The notes under the pieces were generated by a model. It worked only from the letters and a program-made list of their open reading frames with translations, was not told where the DNA came from and did not search any database. The position numbers and the translations under genes are program-made. A DNA stretch of 64,000 nucleotides from Alphaproteobacteria bacterium. GTDB lineage: Bacteria; Pseudomonadota; Alphaproteobacteria; SHVZ01. Positions 8,962-19,244 of the stretch are shown here, piece after piece (positions within the stretch are counted from its first letter, which is position 1; each line of letters starts with the position of its first letter). The stretch is taken from positions 74,864 through 138,863 of the forward strand of contig JBGALV010000001.1 in assembly GCA_044223515.1 (NCBI GenBank), read 5' to 3'.

Positions 8962-10714
8962 CTACGCCTTCTGGACCTTCGCCGCTTCCTCGGCGACGAG
9001 TTCCTTCTTCGACAGTTTCCCGATCAGCGTTTTCGGCAGGGCGGCGCGGAATTCGATCTCGCGCGGCATCTCGATCGGATTGAGCTTGTCCTTGAGGAAC
9101 TGGGTCAGCTCCTCCGAGGTGAGCGTCTTGCCGGCCTGCAGCTTGACGAAGGCCTTCGGGCTCTGGCCGCGATAGCTGTCGTCGACGCCGATCACCGTGC
9201 ATTCCTCGACCGCGGGATGCTGGTAGACCGCTTCCTCGACGACGCGCGGGTAGACGTTGAAGCCGCTGCAGATGATCAGGTCCTTCATCCGGTCGACGAT
9301 GAAGAAGTAGCCGTCGTCGTCCATCATCGCGATGTCGCCGGTCCTGAGCAGGCCGTCGACCATCTGCTGCTGGGTCGCCTCGGGCCGTCCCCAGTATCCG
9401 GCCATCACCTGCGGCCCGCCGATGCAGATCTCGCCACGCTCGCCCTTCGGCACCACCTTGGTCGCATCCGCGATGTCGCGCAGCTCGACCCGGGTCAGCG
9501 GCAGCGGCAGGCCGATCGATCCCGCCTTGTTGACGCCGCCCAGCGGATTGCAGTGGGTCACGGGCGAGCTCTCGGTCAGGCCATAGCCCTCGACCAGATG
9601 GCAGCCGGTCACCTGCTCGAAGCGCTGCTTGACCTCGAGCGGCAGCGGGGCGCCGCCGGAGATGCAGTTCCGGATCGAGGAGAGGTTGCGCGGCTGCTTG
9701 GCGACCGCGCCGTTGAAGGCCGTGTACATGGTGGGCACGCCCGCCATGAAGGTCGGCTTTTTGGTCTCGATCACCTTCAGCGCCGCCTCGACCTCGAAGC
9801 GCGGCAGCATCACGATCTCGGCCCCGACCGACAGCATCTGGTTCTGGATCACCGTCATCGCGAAAACGTGGAAGAACGGCAGCACGCCGAGGACGCGCTC
9901 CTTGCCGAACTCGAAGGTGTGGAACCAGCGCCGGCACTGGATCGCGTTGGCGTAGAGATTGGCGTGGGTCAGCATCGCCCCCTTGGGGATGCCGGTCGTG
10001 CCGCCGGTGTACTGCAGCACCGCCGTGGTCTTGACCGGGTCGATCGCGACCGCTCGGTAACGGCCGTCGTTGGCCGTGAGCTCGGCATAGCGCGGATGCG
10101 CCTGGTCGCGCGGCGGCGTCGCAAGGTCCTTGCGGCGGACGATCGGGAACAGCAGCTTCTTGATGAACGGCAGCGCATCCGCCATCGAGCAGAGGACGAT
10201 CGTCTTCAGCGGCGTCGTCCCCAGCATCGGCTGGAGCTTGGCATAGAGGGCCTGCAGGTCGAGCGTGACCATCACCTCGGTGCCGGAGTCCCGGATCTGC
10301 TGCTCGATCTCCTTGGCGACGTAGAGCGGGTTGAAATTGACGACGATGCCGCCCGCCTTGAGGATCCCGAAATAGGCGATGATGAAGTAGGGGCAGTTCG
10401 GCAGGAACAGGCCCACACGGTCGCCGGGCTTCAAGCCCCGGTCCTGCAGCCCCTTGGCGAAGCGGTCGACCTGGGCTGAGAGCTCGCCATAGGTCGTCTT
10501 CCTGTCGAGGAAGTCGATCGCGCTCTGGCCGGGGATCCGCGAGGAAGTCGATCGCGTTCTGGGCGGGGATCCGCCTGACCGGCTCGTCGAGCAGCTCGTA
10601 GAGCGGCTTCGGATCGATCGGGTCGTGCCAGTCGACCGAGGCCGGATAGAGGGCCGAGTAGTCGCGGCCGCCGCTTGCGATCGACAATGCCCCAGTTGTC
10701 CCGGCGCCAGTCAT
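8962..10714 (-). pseudogene. fadD: long-chain-fatty-acid--CoA ligase (FadD family) disrupted by a 34-bp tandem duplication frameshift
   Basis: ORF 8962..10434 encodes the AMP-binding core (TGGTTGIPKGAML, etc.). The N-terminus (MTGAGTT...YELLDEPVRRIPAQNAIDFL) is in another frame upstream. Removing one copy of the duplicated 34-mer at 10507-10574 restores a continuous FadD of about 572 aa. The ATG at 10714 is preceded by GGGAGG. Confidence 0.75.
10507..10574. repeat. imperfect 34-bp tandem direct repeat (2 copies, 2 mismatches) inside fadD
   Basis: Copy 1 (10507-10540) is gaggaagtcgatcgcgctctggccggggatccgc. Copy 2 (10541-10574) is gaggaagtcgatcgcgttctgggcggggatccgc. Confidence 0.9.
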
Positions 10715-10778
10715 TCTGCCTCCCGTTTTCGTTCTTCCCATCCTGCGGGGGAGGGCGACCGAGGGCAATGGGGAAGCG

Positions 10779-11759
10779 TCAGGCGAAGTGGCAGGCGGCC
10801 CGCTGCCCGGGCTTCACTTCCCTGAGGGCCGGGTCCTCGGTCTGGCAACGCGCCTGCGCCATGGGGCAGCGAGGCGCATAGGAACAGCCTTTCGGCGGCG
10901 GCGGAATCGTCTCGGTCGAGACCGCGGCGAGCTTCACGCCGCGCCGATCGCGCCGGCGCGTGCCGCCGGCGAGGCCCGGGATCGCCGCCATCAGCGCTTT
11001 CGTATAGGGATGGCGGGGATCGGCGAAGAGATCCGCCGACCGCGCCTGCTCGACGATGCGGCCCTGGTACATGACCGCGACCTCGTCGCAGACATGCTCG
11101 ACCACGGCGAGATTGTGGCTGATGAAGAAGTAGGTGACGCCGTGCTTCTGCTGCAGGTCCTGCATCAGGTTCAGCACCTGCGCTTGAACCGAGACGTCGA
11201 GGGCGGAGACCGGCTCGTCGGCGACGATCAGCTTCGGCCGCGTGATCAGCGCGCGCGCGATCGCGATGCGCTGCCGCTGGCCGCCTGAGAACTCGTGCGG
11301 ATAGCGCGTCGCGGCATCGCTGGGAAGACCGACCTCGTCCAGCGCCTCGGCGACCTTCTCGGCGCGCTCCGCGGCGCCCACCTGGATCGCGAGCCCGTCC
11401 AGCGGCTCGGCGACGATGCGGCCGACGGTATGACGCGGATTCAAGGATCCGAACGGATCCTGGAACACCATCTGGAAGTTCCGCCGGTGGCGGCGAAGGT
11501 CGAGATCCGCCAGCGCGAACGGATCCTTGCCGACGGTCTCGATGACTCCCTTGTCCGGCCGGTCGAGCGCCATGACCAGGCGGGCCAGCGTCGACTTGCC
11601 CGAACCGGACTCGCCGACGACGCCGAAGCTCTTGCCGGTCGCGACCGTGAAGCTGATGCCGTCGACCGCCTTGATCCAGCGCCTCGGCGCGAACGGCGAG
11701 GGGCGCGGCAGCGGGAAGTGGCGGAAGAGATCCTGGCCGAAGACGAGCCTGTCGGTCAT
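10779..11759 (-). CDS. dppF: dipeptide/oligopeptide ABC transporter ATP-binding protein (DppF/OppF-like)
   Basis: It carries Walker A (GESGSGKST), the signature LSGGQRQR and a C-terminal oligopeptide-ABC extension. It starts MTDRLVFG at 11759. There is an ATGA overlap with dppD. Confidence 0.85.
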   Translation of the reverse strand: MTDRLVFGQDLFRHFPLPRPSPFAPRRWIKAVDGISFTVATGKSFGVVGESGSGKSTLARLVMALDRPDKGVIETVGKDPFALADLDLRRHRRNFQMVFQDPFGSLNPRHTVGRIVAEPLDGLAIQVGAAERAEKVAEALDEVGLPSDAATRYPHEFSGGQRQRIAIARALITRPKLIVADEPVSALDVSVQAQVLNLMQDLQQKHGVTYFFISHNLAVVEHVCDEVAVMYQGRIVEQARSADLFADPRHPYTKALMAAIPGLAGGTRRRDRRGVKLAAVSTETIPPPPKGCSYAPRCPMAQARCQTEDPALREVKPGQRAACHFA

Positions 11760-12724
11760 GCGGTCACGTCCGTCCGCCGGCAGAGCGCTGTGTGGGTCGG
11801 GCCGACTTCGACGTTTGGCGGCAGGGCCGCGCGGCAGGCGTCCTCGACCAGCTGACAGCGGTCGGCAAAGGCGCAGCCGCCGGGGACGCGCCAAGGATCG
11901 GGAACGGTGCCAGGGATGGCGTAGAGCCGGCTGCCGCGGTCGCGGCCCGGCTCGGGCAGCGCACCGAACAGGCCGCGGGTGTAGGGATGCGCGCGCCGGC
12001 GGAAGAGGTCGACCGTGGGACCGCCCTCGACGACGCGTCCCGCATACATCACCAGCACGCGGTCGGTGATGTCGCCGACGATGCCGAGGTCGTGGCTGAT
12101 CAGCACCAGCGCCATGCCGAGTTCGTCCACGAGGTCGTGGATCAGGTCGAGGATCTGTGCCTGGACGGTTACGTCGAGAGCCGTGGTCGGCTCGTCGGCG
12201 ATCAGGATGTCGGGCTGGCAGGCAAGCGCGATCGCGATCATGACGCGCTGGCGCTGCCCGCCGGAAAGCTGGTGCGGGTATTGGGCAAGACGCGCCTTGG
12301 GTTCCGGCATGCGCACCAGCTCGAGCAGGCGCACAGCCTCTGCCTCGGCGTCGGGCCGGTACATGCCGCGATGCAGGATCAGGCTCTCGGCGATCTGATG
12401 CCCGATCGTGTGCACCGGGTTCAGCGCGCTCATCGGCTCCTGGAAGATCATCGCCAGTCGGTTGCCGCGGAGCTTGCAGAGCTTGTCTTCCGGCAGTGCC
12501 AGAAGGTTCTGGCCCTCGAAGCGGATCGCACCCGACGGGATCGCCCCGTCGGGGAGCAGTCCCATGAGGGCCAACGCGGTCATCGTCTTGCCGCAACCGC
12601 TTTCGCCGACGATGCCGAGCGTCTCGCCGCGCTCGATCGAGAAGCTGACCTCACGCACCAGCGGCACCTGCCCACGCGAGGTCGGCATGTGCACCGCGAG
12701 CTTGTCGACCTCGAGCAGGGGCAT
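11756..12724 (-). CDS. dppD: dipeptide/oligopeptide ABC transporter ATP-binding protein (DppD/OppD-like)
   Basis: It carries Walker A (GESGCGKT) and the signature LSGGQRQR. I chose the start MPLLEVDKL at 12724 to avoid overlapping dppC. Confidence 0.85.
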   Translation of the reverse strand: MPLLEVDKLAVHMPTSRGQVPLVREVSFSIERGETLGIVGESGCGKTMTALALMGLLPDGAIPSGAIRFEGQNLLALPEDKLCKLRGNRLAMIFQEPMSALNPVHTIGHQIAESLILHRGMYRPDAEAEAVRLLELVRMPEPKARLAQYPHQLSGGQRQRVMIAIALACQPDILIADEPTTALDVTVQAQILDLIHDLVDELGMALVLISHDLGIVGDITDRVLVMYAGRVVEGGPTVDLFRRRAHPYTRGLFGALPEPGRDRGSRLYAIPGTVPDPWRVPGGCAFADRCQLVEDACRAALPPNVEVGPTHTALCRRTDVTA

Positions 12725-12740
12725 CAGCGCGACCTCGCCG

Positions 12741-13562
12741 TCATCGTGACCTCGAGAGGCGTGGGTCGAGCGCGTCGCGGAGGCCGTCACCCAGCAGGTT
12801 GAGCCCGAGGACGACGATCATGATCGCCGCACCCGGGTAGATCGCCAGCATCGGCGCGCGGAAGAGGAAGGTCTGGGACTCGTTCAGCATCCGCCCCCAG
12901 CTCGGGTTCGGCGGCTGGGTCCCGAGGCCGAGATAGGAGAGCCCGGCCTCGGCCAGGATCGCCAGCGCGAAGTTGATCGTCGCCTGGACGATCAGCACGT
13001 TCGAGATGTTGGGCAGCACGTGCTCGAGCGTGATCCGGACGCTGCCCTTGCCGGCGGCGCGGGCGGCGAGGATGAAGTCGCGGGCGAGGATGGCGTTGGC
13101 GGCGCCTCGCGTGATCCGGGCGAAGACCGGGATGTTGAAGATGCCGATCGCCAGGATCGAGTTGAAGGTCCCGGGGCCGAGGATCGCGGTGATCAGGATC
13201 GCTGACAGGATCGCCGGGAAGGCGAAGGTGAAGTCGGCCATCCGCATCACCAGGTCCTCGACCCAGCCGCGCTTGGCGGACGCCAGCAATCCTAAGCCCA
13301 CGCCGGTCAGCACGCCGATCGTGACCGCGACGAGGCCGACCGCGATCGAGTTTCGCGACCCCACCAGGATCATCGAGAAGACGTCCCGGCCGAAGTGGTC
13401 GGTACCGAACCAATGCGTGGCAGAGGCGGGCGCGAGCCGGCCGGGCACGTTGATCTTTGCCGGCGGATGCGGCGTCCAGAAATAAGAGAGGAGGGCCGCG
13501 GACAGGACGATGCCGACCAGGGTCAGGCCGATCACGAAGTTCCGCTGGCGGAGGCAGCGCAT
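12741..13562 (-). CDS. dppC: dipeptide ABC transporter permease (DppC-like)
   Basis: A multi-TM permease with the binding-protein-dependent-transport signature. The alternative start is at 13583. Confidence 0.8.
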   Translation of the reverse strand: MRCLRQRNFVIGLTLVGIVLSAALLSYFWTPHPPAKINVPGRLAPASATHWFGTDHFGRDVFSMILVGSRNSIAVGLVAVTIGVLTGVGLGLLASAKRGWVEDLVMRMADFTFAFPAILSAILITAILGPGTFNSILAIGIFNIPVFARITRGAANAILARDFILAARAAGKGSVRITLEHVLPNISNVLIVQATINFALAILAEAGLSYLGLGTQPPNPSWGRMLNESQTFLFRAPMLAIYPGAAIMIVVLGLNLLGDGLRDALDPRLSRSR

Positions 13563-13596
13563 GATGATGCCGTCGCGCTTCATCGGCCCTCGCGCT

Positions 13597-14541
13597 TCAT
13601 CTGGCTGTCCTCAGGCGCGGGTCGATCACGGCGTAGAGCAGGTCGACGACGAAGTTGATCACCACGACCTTGGCGGCCAGCAGCACCACCACGTCCTTCA
13701 CCACGATCAGGTCGCGCTGGTTGATCGACTGGAAGATCAGGCGGCCGAGGCCGGGCAGGTAGAAGACGTTTTCGATGATGATCGTGCCGGCCAGCAGGTT
13801 TGAGAACTGCAGGCCCATGATCGTGATCACGGGGATCAGCGAGTTCCGGAGCACGTGGCGCCACAGCGTCTGCGTGCGCGTGAGCCCCTTGGCGCGGGCG
13901 GTGCGGACGAAGTCCTCGCGCAGCACCTCGAGCACGGCCGAGCGGGTGACGCGGGCGAGGATCGCCGCCTGCACCAATGCCAGGGCAAAGGCCGGCAGGA
14001 TCAGCGACTTGAGCGCGACCGGGCCCTCGCTCCAGCCGGGGAAGCCGCCGGCGGGAAGCCAGCCCAGGAACACCGCGAACAGCAGGACCAGCAGGATCGC
14101 GAACCAGAAGTTCGGGATCGCGATGCCGAGCTGGGTCGCGGTCATCACGCCGTAGTCGCCGATGGTGTTGTGCTTGGAGGCGGCGTAGACGCCCAGGGTC
14201 AGCGCGATCAGCGTCGTCAGGCTCATCGAGATCAGCGCCAGCGGCAGGGTCACCACCAGGCGCTCGCCGATCAGCTCGGCGACCGAGGAGCCGTAGGTGT
14301 GGCTGATGCCGAGGTCGCCACGTACGAGCCCGCCGACCCAGATGAAATAGCGCTCGACCGGCGGCAGGTCGAGGCCGAGCTTGGCCCTGAGGGCCGCCAC
14401 CGCGTCCGGCTGCGCGTCGATGCCGAGCATCAGCAGCGCCGGGTCGCCCGGCAGCACTTCCAGCACCAGGAACACCACCAGCGAGGTGGCGACCAGGGTG
14501 GCGATGAAGGCGGCGAGCCGGCGGAGCGTGAAGGAGAGCAT
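13597..14541 (-). CDS. dppB: dipeptide ABC transporter permease (DppB-like)
   Basis: A 314-aa polytopic permease with the typical DppB N-terminus (MLSFTLRRL...). Confidence 0.85.
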   Translation of the reverse strand: MLSFTLRRLAAFIATLVATSLVVFLVLEVLPGDPALLMLGIDAQPDAVAALRAKLGLDLPPVERYFIWVGGLVRGDLGISHTYGSSVAELIGERLVVTLPLALISMSLTTLIALTLGVYAASKHNTIGDYGVMTATQLGIAIPNFWFAILLVLLFAVFLGWLPAGGFPGWSEGPVALKSLILPAFALALVQAAILARVTRSAVLEVLREDFVRTARAKGLTRTQTLWRHVLRNSLIPVITIMGLQFSNLLAGTIIIENVFYLPGLGRLIFQSINQRDLIVVKDVVVLLAAKVVVINFVVDLLYAVIDPRLRTAR

Positions 14542-14620
14542 GCTTGGAAAGGCGTTTATAGCGAAAGCCCCCTCCGGGAGGGAGGGGGCTCTCTTCTAGG
14601 TCAAGCCTGCGGCCAGAGGG

Positions 14621-16147
14621 TCAGTCGACCCAGCGGAGCGAGGCGAGGTCGGTGACCGACACCGGCGAGCTCTTCCAGAAGCCGCGGAGCTTGGCGGCGT
14701 AGACGCCGGTGCGCGGCAGCTGGAACATGAAGGCATGGACCGCCTCTTCGGAGATCTTTCGCTGGATCTGCTGGTAGAGGTCCTTCTGCTTGTCGGTGTT
14801 GCTCTCGACCAGGACCGCCTTCATCAGCTTGTCCATCTCGTCGTTCTGGTAGCCGTAGTAGTAGTCCTTGCCGCGCGTGTAGTTGTCCTGATCCCAGGGC
14901 GACACGTGCGCGACCACGGTCATGTCGTAGTTCTTCTGCTTGTAGACGATGTCGAGCCACTGGGCCCATTCCATCGGCTCGATCTTCACGCGGATGCCGG
15001 CTTCCATGAGCTGGGCCGCGACGATTTCCGCGGAACGGCGTGCGTAGGCGAAGGGCGGCGGCTTGATGTTGATGTCGATGCCGTTCGGGTAGCCGGCCTC
15101 CTTCAGCAGCTCCTTCGCCTTGGCGATGTCGTGCGGGTAGCGGTTGGTGAGGTCGACGTACCACGGGTGATGCGGCGGGAAGTGGCTGCCGATCGGGATG
15201 CCGTAGCCCGAGGTCGCACCGTCGATGATCGCCTTCCGCTCGATCGCGTGGTTGACCGCGCGGCGCACGCGGATGTCGTCGAAAGGCTTCTTGTTGTTGT
15301 TCAGGATCAGGGGAACTTCGCCCTCGGTCGAGCCGATGATCACCTGGAAGCGGCTGTCGGACTTGAAGCGGTCGAGGGTCTCGGTCGCGCCGATGGTCGG
15401 GAAGGCATCGATGTCCCCGGCCAGGAGCGCCGGCACCTGGGCCGCCGCGTCGGGCACGAACTTGAAGGTCGCCTGCCTGATCTGGGCCTTCGCCTGATCG
15501 CGATAGGTCGGCGACTTCTCAAGGACGACGCGGTCGCCCTTGACCCACTGCTTGAACTTGTAAGGACCTGACCCGACCGGGTTGGTCTTGTTGTTGTCGG
15601 CGGACTTCGGATCGAAGATCGCCGCACCGCCCGAGGCCATGAAGGAGAGGAACAGGCTGTTCGGCTCCTTCAGCTTCAGGACGACCGTCGTCGCGTCCGG
15701 CGTCTCGACGCCGGCGATGTTGGCGTAGTGGCGCTTGATCGGGTTGGTCGAGGTGGGCAGCGCGTTGCGGTCGAAGTTCCACTTGACCGTCTCCGACGTC
15801 AGCTTCTCGCCGTTGTCGAAGACAATGCCCGGTGCCAGCTTGAAGGTGTAGGTCTTGCCGTCCTCGGCGACGGTCCACGAGGTCGCGAGCGAGGGCTGGA
15901 CGGTCCCGTCCTCGCCGATGCGCGTCAGGCTCTCGTAGACGTTGACGCTGAAGATCACGTCGATCGCGGCAGCGGCGTTTTGCGTCGGATCGAGCACAGG
16001 CGGCTCGTCCTGCATTCCGATGACGATCGTGTCCTTGGCGGCGAGCGCGGCGGAGGCGCTCATCAGCAGTGCGACGGCGAGGGACGTCGAAAGAATACGC
16101 ATCGTCGTGCTCCCAGAAATCGAGGGGGCGAAACCGTGCCGAAGCAA
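14621..16147 (-). CDS. ABC transporter substrate-binding protein, family 5 (peptide/nickel)
   Basis: A signal peptide, then an SBP_bac_5-like sequence of 508 aa. Confidence 0.85.
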   Translation of the reverse strand: MLRHGFAPSISGSTTMRILSTSLAVALLMSASAALAAKDTIVIGMQDEPPVLDPTQNAAAAIDVIFSVNVYESLTRIGEDGTVQPSLATSWTVAEDGKTYTFKLAPGIVFDNGEKLTSETVKWNFDRNALPTSTNPIKRHYANIAGVETPDATTVVLKLKEPNSLFLSFMASGGAAIFDPKSADNNKTNPVGSGPYKFKQWVKGDRVVLEKSPTYRDQAKAQIRQATFKFVPDAAAQVPALLAGDIDAFPTIGATETLDRFKSDSRFQVIIGSTEGEVPLILNNNKKPFDDIRVRRAVNHAIERKAIIDGATSGYGIPIGSHFPPHHPWYVDLTNRYPHDIAKAKELLKEAGYPNGIDINIKPPPFAYARRSAEIVAAQLMEAGIRVKIEPMEWAQWLDIVYKQKNYDMTVVAHVSPWDQDNYTRGKDYYYGYQNDEMDKLMKAVLVESNTDKQKDLYQQIQRKISEEAVHAFMFQLPRTGVYAAKLRGFWKSSPVSVTDLASLRWVD

Positions 16148-16174
16148 GGTTGCGCCGCGGTGACGGTTATATGA

Positions 16175-17659
16175 CTAGTTCAGCCAGCGCACCTCGGTCA
16201 GGTCGTTGGCCTGGACCGGGCTGTTCTCCCAGAGGCCCTCGATCTTCGCGTTCCACACGCCCGTCTTCGGGAGCATGAAGAGGAAGCCGTTGACCGCGTC
16301 GGTCGCCAGCATGCGCTGCGCGTCGCCGAAGGCCTTGTTGCGGATCTCGTCCGTGCCGGCCGAGACCGTGAGGTCGATCAGCGCCTTGAACTCGGGCTTG
16401 CCGTACTGGAAGTAGTAGTTCGGGTCGGCGTAGATGTTGATGTCGAGCGGCTCGGTGTGGCTGATGATCGTCAGGTCGAACTGCTTGTTCTTGAACACCT
16501 GCTCGAGCCACTGCGGAAACTGCAGCTGCTCGATCTGCGCCTTGATGCCGACCTGCTCCAGCATCGCCGCGATCAGCTCGCCGCCGCGCTGCGCATAGGC
16601 CGGCGGGGGCAGGCGGAGCGACAGCGTCAGGTTGGTCTTTCCCGCTTCGGCCAGCAGAGCCTTCGCCTTCGCCGGGTCGTACGGATAGACGCCGGTCAGG
16701 TCGACATAGGCCGGATGGTTCGGCGAGAAGTGCGAGCCGATGGCGGTCGCGGTGCCGCCGGCGGCGCCGATGATGATCGCCTTGCGGTCGATCGCATGGC
16801 TGATCGCGCGGCGAACGCGGACGTCGTCGAGCGGCGCCTTCTTGTTGTTCATGGCGAGGATGGTCTCGCCCTCGGTGTTGCCGACCACGACCTTGAGCTT
16901 GGGATCGGCCTTGAGGCGGTCGAGGGCATCGCCGGCGCCGGTGTTGGGCGAGGCGTCGACGTCACCGGCGAGCAGGGCTGCGACAGTCGCCGCCGGATCC
17001 GGGATGAAGCGGAAGGTCGCCTTGTTGAGCTTGATGTTGGCGGCGTTCCAGTGATCGGGATTCTTCTCGATCTCGAGACGGTCGCCCTTGTTCCAGCGCA
17101 CGAACTTGAACGGCCCGGTGCCGACCGGCTTCGCCTTCGCGTCCGCGATCGCGCCCGGCGCCACGACGACGGCCTCGCCCATGCCGACGAGGTAGGGCAC
17201 GAGTCCGACCGGCTTCTTCAGCTTGATGACGACGGTGCCCGGGTCCGGTGTCTCCACCTCCATGCCGTTGTCGGTCAGCATCGACTTCTTCGGGTTGGCG
17301 CTGTCGGCCGAGGTGGTACGCGCCAGCGACTGCGCGACCGCGGCCGAGGTCAGCTCGGTGCCGTCGTGAAACTTGACGCCGCGGCGAAGCTTGAACGTGT
17401 AGGTGAGGCCGTCCTGCGAGAGGGTCCACTCGGTCGCCAGCGCCGGCTGCACCAGGCTCTTGCGGTCGAGGCGGGTCAGGCCTTCGTAGACGTTGGTGTA
17501 GAGGATTTCCTTGATCGCGGCGGCCGGGCTCAGGACCGGATCGAGATGCGGCGGCTCGAGCGCCATGCTAAGCGTGATCGAGTCCTTCTGGGCGTGCGCG
17601 CCGGCGGCGGCGAGCATGGCGGACGCGAACGCGGCCGCGAACAGCGAGGGCTTGCGCAT
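16175..17659 (-). CDS. ABC transporter substrate-binding protein, family 5 (second paralog)
   Basis: It starts MRKPSLFAAAF at 17659 with a signal peptide. It is paralogous to the neighbouring SBP. Confidence 0.85.
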   Translation of the reverse strand: MRKPSLFAAAFASAMLAAAGAHAQKDSITLSMALEPPHLDPVLSPAAAIKEILYTNVYEGLTRLDRKSLVQPALATEWTLSQDGLTYTFKLRRGVKFHDGTELTSAAVAQSLARTTSADSANPKKSMLTDNGMEVETPDPGTVVIKLKKPVGLVPYLVGMGEAVVVAPGAIADAKAKPVGTGPFKFVRWNKGDRLEIEKNPDHWNAANIKLNKATFRFIPDPAATVAALLAGDVDASPNTGAGDALDRLKADPKLKVVVGNTEGETILAMNNKKAPLDDVRVRRAISHAIDRKAIIIGAAGGTATAIGSHFSPNHPAYVDLTGVYPYDPAKAKALLAEAGKTNLTLSLRLPPPAYAQRGGELIAAMLEQVGIKAQIEQLQFPQWLEQVFKNKQFDLTIISHTEPLDINIYADPNYYFQYGKPEFKALIDLTVSAGTDEIRNKAFGDAQRMLATDAVNGFLFMLPKTGVWNAKIEGLWENSPVQANDLTEVRWLN

Positions 17660-17823
17660 CTGAATCTTTGTCCTTCCCGAGAGGCGCCGAGGATACGAGT
17701 CAAATGCTCGCCCATCGGCCGCCGTGAGGCAAGGGGGAGGGGCCGGAAAACAACGGTTTTCCGTCGAAGTCACGAGATAGGGAACGTCATCCGGCCGAGG
17801 CCGTGCGGGACGCGCGTGACGTC

Positions 17824-18822
17824 CTAGAGCGTCTTCCAGCCGGGGAAGCGGCCCAGCGTCTCGGCGTGGTAGACGGCGCGGGCGACGGCGCGGGAAAGGC
17901 AGTCGGCCGCCATGTGGCCGACCAGGGTCAGCATCGAGAGGTCGGCGAGCGGCAGCCTGCCGGTCGAAAGCGCGAAGACCGTGTCGCCGTCGGCCGGCGT
18001 ATGAACCGGCCGGATCGCGCGCGCCAGGCCGTCATCGGCCATCAGCGCCATGCGCCGGGCCTCGCCCTTGTCGAGCCTCACATTGGTCGCGACGATCGCG
18101 ATCGTCGTGTTGGCGGCGGGGGACGGCGGCAGCGGCGGCCGCGGCATCTCCAGATCCAGCGATCCGGTCAGCTTGGGCGGGCCGAGGCCGCCGAACTCTC
18201 CGTCCTGCTCGAAGGGCCAGGCCCAGAAGTGGCGGGAGCCCGGCATGACCGTCTCGCCCCAGGAATTGACCGCGACCAGCGCGCCGACCTGGATGCCGTC
18301 CGACGAGACCAGCGAGGCCGAGCCCAGGCCGCCCTTGAGCCTGCCGGCCTTGGCGCCAAGCCCGGCGCCGACATTGCCGAGCGGGAAGTCGAGCCCGATC
18401 GCACGCGTCGCCTCGGCGCCAAGCCGGCGATAGGGCGGATCCTCGCCCCAGGACTTGTCGCCGCCGTTGATGAGGTCGAACAGGATCGCGGCCGGCACGA
18501 TCGGGACGACAGCCGTGTTGATCTTGTAGCCCCGGCCAGTCGCCGCCAGCACGTTGGTGGCACCGGCCGCCGCATCGATGCCGAACATCGAGCCGCCCGA
18601 GAGCACGATAGCGTCGATCGCATCGACCCGGCAGGAGGGGTCGAGCGCGTTGATGTCGCGGGTGCCGGGCGCGCCGCCGCGGACCTCGGCGGCGGCGACC
18701 GCGCGCTCGTCGGGAACGACGACGGTCGAGCCGCTCCAGGCCTTGGCGTCGACCGCGTTGCCGACGCGGATGCCGTCGACGTCGGTGATCAGGTTGCGCG
18801 GCCCGGGCTTCAGGCGGCTCAT
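17824..18822 (-). CDS. DmpA/OAT-family peptidase (S58; L-aminopeptidase/D-Ala-esterase-amidase type)
   Basis: A 332-aa protein with a Gly-rich autoproteolytic region (...LSGGSMFGIDAAAG...) typical of the DmpA/ArgJ fold. Confidence 0.8.
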   Translation of the reverse strand: MSRLKPGPRNLITDVDGIRVGNAVDAKAWSGSTVVVPDERAVAAAEVRGGAPGTRDINALDPSCRVDAIDAIVLSGGSMFGIDAAAGATNVLAATGRGYKINTAVVPIVPAAILFDLINGGDKSWGEDPPYRRLGAEATRAIGLDFPLGNVGAGLGAKAGRLKGGLGSASLVSSDGIQVGALVAVNSWGETVMPGSRHFWAWPFEQDGEFGGLGPPKLTGSLDLEMPRPPLPPSPAANTTIAIVATNVRLDKGEARRMALMADDGLARAIRPVHTPADGDTVFALSTGRLPLADLSMLTLVGHMAADCLSRAVARAVYHAETLGRFPGWKTL

Positions 18823-19232
18823 GCGTCCTGGTCCTTGAGCGTGACGCCGAGCACGATGAAGGTGACGGCGAGGCCGGCGGCCGAAAGGGCCGCCAGTGTG
18901 CCCCAGGTCCAGCCGTATTGCGCGCCGACGAAAACGACGCCGCCCCAGAACGACAGGAAGGCGAAGGTCGAGGAGAGGATCATGAAGCCCGCCCGCACCA
19001 TCTGCTTGGCGATGCGGGACGCCTTCATCGACTCCTTGATCGAGGTGGTCATCTGGGTATGGCGGATGGCCGAGGCAATCTCTTCGCGCGCCATCTTCTG
19101 CCAGTCGCTCAGATACATGCCGGTCTGGCCGATCTCGAGCTTTTCCTTGTCGGGGTTCTCGATCGCCTCGCGCAGGCGGTCGACGATCTCCTTCGCCTGC
19201 TCTTCGGGCGATTTCTTCTTTCTGCCTAGCAT
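18819..19232 (-). CDS. hypothetical membrane protein (137 aa, two C-terminal TM helices)
   Basis: It has an ATGA overlap with the DmpA gene. It has a charged N-terminus and a hydrophobic C-terminus. Confidence 0.5.
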   Translation of the reverse strand: MLGRKKKSPEEQAKEIVDRLREAIENPDKEKLEIGQTGMYLSDWQKMAREEIASAIRHTQMTTSIKESMKASRIAKQMVRAGFMILSSTFAFLSFWGGVVFVGAQYGWTWGTLAALSAAGLAVTFIVLGVTLKDQDA

Positions 19233-19244
19233 TCGGCGCGCACC

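Noticed and set aside
7673-10768. A 1031-aa ORF on the minus strand that spans fadD and the two kinase genes.
   Set aside because: It is antisense or out of frame relative to clearly recognisable domains. It is a typical spurious long ORF in high-GC DNA. Only its last roughly 60 codons (MTGAGTT...IDFL) are real, as the displaced FadD N-terminus.
10779-12596. The extended 605-aa version of dppF.
   Set aside because: The upstream 280 codons overlap dppD in another frame. The ABC domain begins at the ATG at 11759.
12787-13413. Arg/Pro/Asp-rich 200-aa ORFs overlapping the dpp permease genes, on the same strand in another frame.
   Set aside because: A composition artefact of GC-rich DNA. The bona fide permease frames show TM segments and ABC-permease motifs.
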